64,000 bases of DNA from an uncultured Flavobacteriaceae bacterium (GTDB lineage Bacteria > Bacteroidota > Bacteroidia > Flavobacteriales > Flavobacteriaceae): the NCBI GenBank assembly GCA_943840765.1, contig CALSVD010000001.1:13075-77074 (forward strand). The letters are read 5' to 3'. The notes beneath the pieces were generated by a model. It was given only the letters and a program-made list of their open reading frames with translations. It was not told the DNA's origin and made no database searches. The position numbers and the translations under genes were made by a program. Positions 57,524 to 64,000 of the stretch are shown here, in pieces. The first letter of the stretch is position 1. Each line of letters starts with the position of its first letter.

Positions 57524-59956
57524 ATGAGAAAAATATTTTTAATTTCAGTTTTGTTTTGCAACCTTATTTTTTCACAAAACAATAATTTAACAATCAGCGG
57601 ATTTATCAACGATTCCGAAAGTAATACAGCATTAGAATATGCCACTGTAAGTATATTAGATGCTAGTAGTAAAAATTTAATTAATGGAGTTATTTCTGAA
57701 AATAATGGTTTTTTTAGTATCAATGTATCAAAGGGTACTTATGATATAAAAATTGAATATATTTCATTTGAAACTAAAACTATTGAAAATATAAAAATTG
57801 AAAAATCAATCGATTTAGGAACAGTAAACTTATCAATCAATGAAAATATTTTAGATGAAATTGAAGTTATTGGTGAAAAAACTGAAATAGAAATAAAACT
57901 AGATAAAACCGTCTACAATATAGGAAAAGACTTAACCCTTAAAGGAAGTAGTGTTAGTGATGTATTAGACAATTTGCCTTCATTAGAAGTTGACATTGAT
58001 GGTAATGTTTCACTCAGAGGAAATCAAAGTGTTAGAATTCTTATTAATGGTAAACCATCTGGATTAGTGGGAATTAGCAGTAATGATGCACTAAAACAAT
58101 TTCCATCTGAAAGTGTTGAAAAGGTTGAAGTTATTACCTCACCCTCAGCGAGATATAATGCTGAAGGTACCGCCGGTATCATAAATATTGTACTTAGAAA
58201 AAATAAATTAGCTGGATTAAATGGATCTGCTAGCTTAAACTTGGGTGATCCCAAAAGAATTGGATTATCGTCAAACTTAAATTATAGAACAAAAAAAATT
58301 AATCTTTTTTCAAATATTGGAGACAATACAACTAACTACATTAATGGTTTCAAAAATCAAACTGAATATTATACAGATAGTGGGAGAAATAATTTTTTGA
58401 ATGAAGGTGGAGATAGAAATTCAGAGAGGAAATCCAATTACTACAATGGAGGAATTGAATATTTCTTTGACGATAAAACTAGTATTGTAGCTTCTTACGT
58501 AAACAGCACAAGTAATCAATCAACTAATACTTTAAATTCTATTAATCAAAGTTTTAATGGAACAAACAACTTATCAGAAAGAGTTGAAGATGAAAATGAA
58601 GTTGACGATTCCAATGAATTTTCAATAAATTTTTCAAAAGAGTTTGATAAAGAAGGTCACATTTTAACTCTAGATTACCAAAAAGAAAAATCTATCGAAA
58701 TCGAATCTTCAATTATTTCAAATACACAAATTGTTCCTGATTTTGTTAAATACAATTCAGAAAAAATAAAAACTGATGAAAATCAAAATAGTGAATTGTT
58801 TAAAGTTGACTATGTTCTTCCAATAAATTCGGATGGTCAATTTGAAGCTGGATTCAGAAGAAGTAATCAACATCAAAAAATTGATTATTTGGTTGAAAAA
58901 GAAAATAATTCAGGAGAATATGCATCAGACAATAATTTAAGCAATACGCTTCTTTATAACGAAAAAGTAAATGCCTATTACACTCAAATTGGAAATAAAA
59001 AAAATAATTTTTCCTATTTAATTGGATTAAGATTTGAAGAATCTATTACAAATGTTACTCAGGTTGTAAATGGAGATAATACAAAAAAGAAATACAATGA
59101 TTTTTTTCCAACTTTAAATCTGGCATTTGAGATTAAAGAGAATGAGACACTTACATTTGGATACAACAGAAGAATTAGAAGAGCTAGATCATATTTTATT
59201 AATCCTTTTCCATCAAGATCAAGTTTAACTAACATATTTCAAGGAAACCCAAATATAAATCCAACATATTCAAACGGAATTGATTTGGGTTATTTAAAAA
59301 GATATGAAAAAACAACTATCAATGGATCAGTTTATTTTAGAAAGTCTACTGGAGAATTTACATTCATTACTGAAAACACTGGAGAATTTGTTTCTGTCAA
59401 CGGAAGCTTAGTTCCTGTGATTAGAAGAACTCCAATAAACCTGGCTAGTAATTCACAATTAGGTATTGAATTTAGTGTTAATTATTCTCAATCAAAACTT
59501 TGGAGGTTAAGAGGAAATTTTAATTTTTTTGAATCTGATTTAAAAGGAGATTATAATGGAGTTGTATATGACTCCAAAAATTTATCTTGGTCTGGCGGAT
59601 TAAATAATTACTTAAAACTATTTTCATCAATTGACTGGCAAACAAGTTTGAATTACAGAGCTCCTCAAAAAACAGCTGTTTCTAACAGAAAAGCTAGAAT
59701 TAGTTCTAATACCGCCCTTAGTAAAGATTTAATGAAGGATAAACTATCCTTAACTTTCAAGATCAATGATATTTTTGAAACTCAGAAATGGAGGATTGAA
59801 TCTTTTAATGAAAACTACAAAAGTTTTAGTGAAAGTAGTTGGAGAGGTGGTAGAAATTTTGAATTAAATTTAATTTACAGATTTAATCAGAAAAAAGACA
59901 ACAGAAAAAGACCGTCAAATTATCAAGATTATGGTGAAGGTGGTTTTGGAGCTTAA
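57524..59956 (+). CDS. TonB-dependent outer-membrane receptor (CarboxypepD_reg + plug + barrel), intact
   Basis: 810 aa with a signal peptide. ISGFINDSESNTALEYATVSI regulatory-like domain, a plug region, a long beta-rich barrel, and a terminal aromatic-rich segment. Confidence 0.8.
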   Translation: MRKIFLISVLFCNLIFSQNNNLTISGFINDSESNTALEYATVSILDASSKNLINGVISENNGFFSINVSKGTYDIKIEYISFETKTIENIKIEKSIDLGTVNLSINENILDEIEVIGEKTEIEIKLDKTVYNIGKDLTLKGSSVSDVLDNLPSLEVDIDGNVSLRGNQSVRILINGKPSGLVGISSNDALKQFPSESVEKVEVITSPSARYNAEGTAGIINIVLRKNKLAGLNGSASLNLGDPKRIGLSSNLNYRTKKINLFSNIGDNTTNYINGFKNQTEYYTDSGRNNFLNEGGDRNSERKSNYYNGGIEYFFDDKTSIVASYVNSTSNQSTNTLNSINQSFNGTNNLSERVEDENEVDDSNEFSINFSKEFDKEGHILTLDYQKEKSIEIESSIISNTQIVPDFVKYNSEKIKTDENQNSELFKVDYVLPINSDGQFEAGFRRSNQHQKIDYLVEKENNSGEYASDNNLSNTLLYNEKVNAYYTQIGNKKNNFSYLIGLRFEESITNVTQVVNGDNTKKKYNDFFPTLNLAFEIKENETLTFGYNRRIRRARSYFINPFPSRSSLTNIFQGNPNINPTYSNGIDLGYLKRYEKTTINGSVYFRKSTGEFTFITENTGEFVSVNGSLVPVIRRTPINLASNSQLGIEFSVNYSQSKLWRLRGNFNFFESDLKGDYNGVVYDSKNLSWSGGLNNYLKLFSSIDWQTSLNYRAPQKTAVSNRKARISSNTALSKDLMKDKLSLTFKINDIFETQKWRIESFNENYKSFSESSWRGGRNFELNLIYRFNQKKDNRKRPSNYQDYGEGGFGA

Positions 59957-59957
59957 A

Positions 59958-60119
59958 TTATTTCTTTATTTTATTTTTTATTTCCTTTAATCTTTCAATT
60001 AAAGCCCCTCCAACCCAATAAGGGACTATAAAGGTTAATAAAAGAATTAACAGCCAAAATCCCATAGTGAGGACAGATAAAAATAAAATGAATCCTAGGT
60101 ACTGATCAAATTCAAACAT
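59958..60119 (-). CDS. possible 53-aa membrane protein (below the ORF-track cutoff)
   Basis: Hand-translated MFEFDQYLGFILFLSVLTMGFWLLILLLTFIVPYWVGGALIERLKEIKNKIKK. No other support. Confidence 0.3.
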   Translation of the reverse strand: MFEFDQYLGFILFLSVLTMGFWLLILLLTFIVPYWVGGALIERLKEIKNKIKK

Positions 60120-60239
60120 ATTATAATATTATTAATACAAATATAAATCAAAGTAATGATCTTGAAAAATATTTGTTAATAAATGATAGTAAATTATAAT
60201 GTTAAGCATTATTACTAAATTTGTATTATAAAATTTGAT

Positions 60240-61634
60240 ATGGAATTCAGAATTGAAAAAGATACTCTTGGAGAAGTTAAAGTTTTAAAGAATGCATTGT
60301 GGGGTCCACAAACTCAACGTTCAATTAATAATTTTAAAATTGGAAAACCTGGCTCAATGCCTATTGAAATAATTCATGCTTTTGCGATTTTAAAAAAGGC
60401 TGCTGCTTATACAAATTTTGAATTGGGAGTTCTGAGTGAAAAAAAAATGAAACTCATAAGTTTAGTTTGTGATGAAATCATTGATGAAAAACATAATGAT
60501 CAATTTCCATTGGTTATTTGGCAGACTGGCTCAGGAACACAAACTAATATGAATATTAATGAAGTGATTTCTAATAGAGCCCATTTAATTGAAGGAAAAA
60601 AAATTGGTGAAGGAAAAAAAACTTTAGCTCCCAATGATGATGTTAACATGTCTCAGTCTTCAAACGATACATTTCCAACTGCAATGCATATTGCAACATA
60701 TCAGAAACTAATTAAAAATACTATTCCAAGTCTAGAAAATTTTAAAAAAACTCTTTTAGGTAAATCTTTAGAATTTAAAAATGTAATTAAAATCGGTAGA
60801 ACTCATTTAATGGATGCAACACCAATAACATTAGGTCAAGAGTTTTCAGGGTATCATTCACAAATCGATCATGGACTAGAATCATTAAAAAAATCATTCA
60901 GTCATTTATCAGAACTTGCTTTAGGTGCTACTGCAGTAGGAACTGGACTAAATTCTCCAAAAGGTTATGATGTTTTAGTATCAAAATATATTTCTAAGTT
61001 CACAGGAATTAGTTTTATTACAGCAAAAAATAAATTTGAGTCAATTGCTAATCACGATGCAATGGTTGAAACTCATGGAGCGTTAAAATTAATTGCTAAT
61101 TCATTAAATAAGATTGCTAATGATATTAGAATGATGGCTAGTGGCCCTAGGTCAGGTATCGGTGAAATAATAATTCCCTCCAACGAACCAGGAAGCTCTA
61201 TTATGCCAGGAAAAGTTAACCCAACGCAATGTGAAGCACTATCAATGGTATGTGCTCAAGTTATTGGAAATGATGTCACAGTTACAATTGGAGGAATGCA
61301 AGGACATTATGAACTTAATGTCTTTAAACCTGTAATAGTTTCTAATGTTTTAGAATCTCTAACTCTTATTTCTGACAGTGTAAAAAGTTTTAATGATAAT
61401 TGTTTGGTTGGTATAAAACCCAATACAAAAAAAATTAATGAATTACTCAATAATTCACTTATGCTTGTAACTGCATTAAATAGTAAAATTGGCTATTACA
61501 AATCAGCTGAAATAGCAAATATTGCCCATGAAAATGGAATAACATTAAAGGAAGCAGCGCTAAAAACAGGTTATCTATCGGAGAAAGAATTTGATTCATG
61601 GGTAAAACCTGAAGATATGATTGGCAACGGGTAA
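60240..61634 (+). CDS. fumC: class II fumarate hydratase
   Basis: 464 aa with the [16 protein letters not shown] signature. Confidence 0.95.
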   Translation: MEFRIEKDTLGEVKVLKNALWGPQTQRSINNFKIGKPGSMPIEIIHAFAILKKAAAYTNFELGVLSEKKMKLISLVCDEIIDEKHNDQFPLVIWQTGSGTQTNMNINEVISNRAHLIEGKKIGEGKKTLAPNDDVNMSQSSNDTFPTAMHIATYQKLIKNTIPSLENFKKTLLGKSLEFKNVIKIGRTHLMDATPITLGQEFSGYHSQIDHGLESLKKSFSHLSELALGATAVGTGLNSPKGYDVLVSKYISKFTGISFITAKNKFESIANHDAMVETHGALKLIANSLNKIANDIRMMASGPRSGIGEIIIPSNEPGSSIMPGKVNPTQCEALSMVCAQVIGNDVTVTIGGMQGHYELNVFKPVIVSNVLESLTLISDSVKSFNDNCLVGIKPNTKKINELLNNSLMLVTALNSKIGYYKSAEIANIAHENGITLKEAALKTGYLSEKEFDSWVKPEDMIGNG

Positions 61635-61637
61635 CCA

Positions 61638-62090
61638 ATGAAAATTATTGAATATTCCAGAGCTCATAAACTATCTTTTAAAAAATTGAACGAAGAATGG
61701 CTGGAAAAGTATTTTAATGTTGAACCCTATGATTCCACTCTCTTAGAAAATTGTGAATCTGAAATAATAAACAAAGGGGGATATATTTTCTTTGGAATCA
61801 TTGATAATGCAGTAATGGGAACATATGCACTATTACCACCTGTGAATGGACGCACTGAATTAGGAAAAATGGCAGTTACAGAATCATACCAAGGAAAAGG
61901 GTATGGTCAACAATTACTAAAACATGCACTTTCAACAGCAAAATCATTAAGAATTAAGGAAATATTTTTATTTTCTAATAGAATTTTGAAAAATTCTATT
62001 CACATATACAAAAAATTTGGTTTTAAAGAAGTCGAAAATATGGATAGTCCTTACAAAAGAGGTAATATTAAAATGCTGGTAAAACTTTAG
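61638..62090 (+). CDS. GNAT-family N-acetyltransferase
   Basis: 150 aa. Acetyl-CoA motif QGKGYGQQLLKHAL. Confidence 0.8.
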   Translation: MKIIEYSRAHKLSFKKLNEEWLEKYFNVEPYDSTLLENCESEIINKGGYIFFGIIDNAVMGTYALLPPVNGRTELGKMAVTESYQGKGYGQQLLKHALSTAKSLRIKEIFLFSNRILKNSIHIYKKFGFKEVENMDSPYKRGNIKMLVKL

Positions 62091-62108
62091 TATTTAGTTT
62101 AATTTAAA

Positions 62109-62288
62109 TCAAACCCTTCCTTTAAGTGCAGAAAATGCCCAACCTATACAAATGAAACCTATACCAACAAAACTAAATCCAATAGCATAATCAGTATATT
62201 TTAAAACTCCAAGCAAAATAAGTATTATACCAATTATTGTTAAAATTAGAGAAGCAACACTAAAAATTCCGTTTTTATTTAAAGCCAT
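62109..62288 (-). CDS. possible 59-aa two-helix membrane protein (below the ORF-track cutoff)
   Basis: Hand-translated MALNKNGIFSVASLILTIIGIILILLGVLKYTDYAIGFSFVGIGFICIGWAFSALKGRV. Confidence 0.3.
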   Translation of the reverse strand: MALNKNGIFSVASLILTIIGIILILLGVLKYTDYAIGFSFVGIGFICIGWAFSALKGRV

Positions 62289-62351
62289 AAACTTAATTTG
62301 ATTGCAATATGATAATAAATGATATATTTAAATGTTAAAAAATATATAAAA

Positions 62352-63267
62352 TTAATTAACTTTTCCTGTAAGTTTATCTTTCCAGCTTCCCCATTTATAT
62401 TTCCTTGAAAAATATAAGAGTAAAATTGGATAAACAATAATCATAGTAAAGAAAGATTGATTAATTAGATCAGGTTCACCAATATATTTAAATATAGACG
62501 TTGTTTGAAAAACAGTCCAATCAGCAGTAACAATCAATGCAATTAATAAATTATTTCCAGCGTGAAAACCTAAGGCAAGCTCCATACCATCATCCATTAA
62601 AGTTATTATTCCAAGAAATAATCCCGTAGCAACGTAATGTACCAATAATACTGATCCAAGCTTCATAATTTCAGGATTATAAAAATGTAAAAATCCAAAA
62701 GACAAAGAAGTTAAAATTAGTGGAAGGAATTTATTATTAAATAAAATACCTAAACCCTGCATTAAATAGCCCCTGAATACATATTCTTCTAGACTAGTTT
62801 GGATTGGAATAAATATAATGGCTATTAAAACTAAAATTAAAAAATCATTTAAATTAAATTGTAAAATATATTCTTCTGGATTTATAAAAAAAGAAAGAGT
62901 TGTGTTTAATATAATAATAGCAGAAATAGCAGAAAATGATGTTAAAATTCTTTTGTAATCAATTGATTTACGTGTGGTAGTTACTGATAAAAAAGATTGA
63001 TTATGCAAAAATTTTATAACAAATAAAAATCCAATAAAACCAACAAAAAAAGTAATTAAAGTGTAGAAAAAAGTTAGATTACTATTTTCTAAAATTGTCA
63101 TCATTTTAGAGGGATCAAGATTAGCAGCCCCCTCTAGCCCTACTTTATTAAAAATTGCAACAATAAAAGGTATAGATCCAATTTGTGTAAAAATGAATAT
63201 TATAAAAACTCCTAATAACATACCTCCAAAAATTATTTTTTATAGTTAAAGCATTTGCTATATACAT
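62352..63267 (-). pseudogene. CPBP (CAAX) family intramembrane glutamic protease, N-terminal frameshift
   Basis: Motifs EEYVFRGY, FGFLHF, HAGNN in ORF 62352..63221. A 15-codon N-terminus MYIANALTIKNNFWRY starts at 63267 (3 nt after the upstream gene's stop) in another frame. Confidence 0.6.
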
Positions 63268-63270
63268 ATT

Positions 63271-63690
63271 TTATTTGTTTTTATTTAATACCATAGTAGA
63301 AAGCTTACAATGAGATATTAAGTTGTTATTATCATCTGTAATTTTAATTTCCCATAACTGTGTTGATCTTCCTCTGTGAAGCGGTGTTGCTTTAGCGTAT
63401 ACATATCCTTCCTTAACACTTTTTAAGTGATTAGCTGAAATAACTATTCCTCTAACAGTTTTGTCCTTGTAATCAACAGACATGTAGGATACAGCACTTC
63501 CAACAGATTCTGCCAATGCAACAGTGGCTCCTCCATGTAATACTCCATCAGGTTGATAAACTTTAGAAGTAACTGGCATTCGAGCAACTAAAAAATCTTC
63601 GCCAATATCAACATACTCAATATCTAAAGTTTCCATTAAAGTATTTTTGTTAGCAGTATTAATTTTATCTAAAATTATTTTTTTATCCAT
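63271..63690 (-). CDS. PaaI/YbdB-type hot-dog thioesterase
   Basis: 139 aa. GVLHGGATVALAESVGS motif. Confidence 0.8.
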   Translation of the reverse strand: MDKKIILDKINTANKNTLMETLDIEYVDIGEDFLVARMPVTSKVYQPDGVLHGGATVALAESVGSAVSYMSVDYKDKTVRGIVISANHLKSVKEGYVYAKATPLHRGRSTQLWEIKITDDNNNLISHCKLSTMVLNKNK

Positions 63691-63710
63691 AGTTAATAAA
63701 TATAAAAAAA

Positions 63711-63732
63711 ACGCATTAGAAACCTAATGCGT
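63711..63732 (-). terminator. intrinsic terminator downstream of dnaK
   Basis: 9-bp stem ACGCATTAG/CTAATGCGT with a 4-nt loop. On the minus strand it is followed by a T8 run. Confidence 0.8.
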
Positions 63733-63757
63733 TTTTAATTATTAAGAATTATTAAAA

Positions 63758-64000
63758 TTATTTAACCTCTTCAAAATCTACATCTTGAACATCATCAGAA
63801 TCGTCTTTTGATTTTTCATTAGGCTCAGCTTGCCCTGCTCCTGCCCCACTTGCTTGTTGAGCTTCAGCTTGTGCTTTATAAAGTTCTTCTGAAGCATTTT
63901 TCCATGCCTCATTAATCCCTTCCAAAGCTGTTTTGATTGATTCAACATCTTTACTTTCATGGGCTTTTTTCAGAACATCAAGTGCATCTTCAATAGCTTT
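63758..64000 (-). CDS. dnaK: molecular chaperone DnaK, C-terminal 80 codons (gene continues past window end)
   Basis: Hand translation of the minus strand: KAIEDALDVLKKAHESKDVESIKTALEGINEAWKNASEELYKAQAEAQQASGAGAGQAEPNEKSKDDSDDVQDVDFEEVK*. The listed ORF 63778..63960 is the wrong frame. Confidence 0.9.
   Translation of the reverse strand, partial: KAIEDALDVLKKAHESKDVESIKTALEGINEAWKNASEELYKAQAEAQQASGAGAGQAEPNEKSKDDSDDVQDVDFEEVK

Noticed and set aside
63778-63960. 60-aa minus-strand ORF (MKVKMLNQSK...)
   Set aside because: It is an off-frame reading of the dnaK 3' end. The correct frame gives the typical DnaK C-terminus ending DVDFEEVK* at 63758.
1-64000. Mobile elements, CRISPR arrays, prophage or defence-system genes
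   Set aside because: Nothing in the window supports these. I saw no transposase, integrase, recombinase, Cas or restriction-type ORFs, and no spacer-repeat arrays. The only long direct repeat is the 17-nt operator pair. The tRNA genes are not flanked by partial duplicated copies that would mark an integration site.

Overview
A 64-kb, about 30% GC, very tightly packed chromosomal segment that looks like a marine Flavobacteriia (Bacteroidota) genome. Supporting this are the parA-parB-DUF5683-dapB-lepB-wbqC synteny, TonB receptors with CarboxypepD_reg-type N-termini, an AraC regulator with an N-terminal MVCxRC domain, and TAnnTTTG '-7' promoter boxes. All product calls come from reading the ORF track and DNA by eye; no database search was run.

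Contents:
- Glycerol operon (glpK-glpD-glpF).
- Two putative periplasmic oxidative sugar modules: (a) GMC flavoprotein, Tat small subunit, His-rich membrane protein and YceI; (b) Tat-Gfo/Idh/MocA plus tandem DUF1080.
- A small XRE-regulated membrane-protein operon with two perfect 17-nt operator-like repeats.
- ALDH7-type aldehyde dehydrogenase, Cu/Zn SOD and trxB.
- Three tRNAs (Arg-TCT, Pro-TGG, Pro-GGG) and a compact RNase P RNA.
- dnaX, ppx-ppk1-sixA-pdxH, rnz, pyrB-pyrR.
- A cysteine-synthase-fold enzyme next to an alpha-oxoamine synthase (candidate sulfonolipid pair).
- ptrB, ltaE, prfB (programmed +1 frameshift), fumC and the 3' end of dnaK.
- No transposase, integrase, CRISPR array or rRNA was seen.

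Most striking observation: reading-frame breaks are very unevenly distributed. 14 of 24 protein-coding genes between 17.5 and 36 kb are broken, including a whole AraC/TonB/HMA metal-type locus with an in-frame nonsense codon. The next 26 kb has no break except the programmed prfB shift. This is either localized gene decay or locally poor sequence quality, and I cannot tell which from the sequence alone.

Other points worth checking: an A10 run in dnaX placed exactly where a gamma-type truncated product would arise; the cytochrome-c-less GMC/YceI operon; and promoter boxes only 6-7 nt from the dnaX and prfB start codons.
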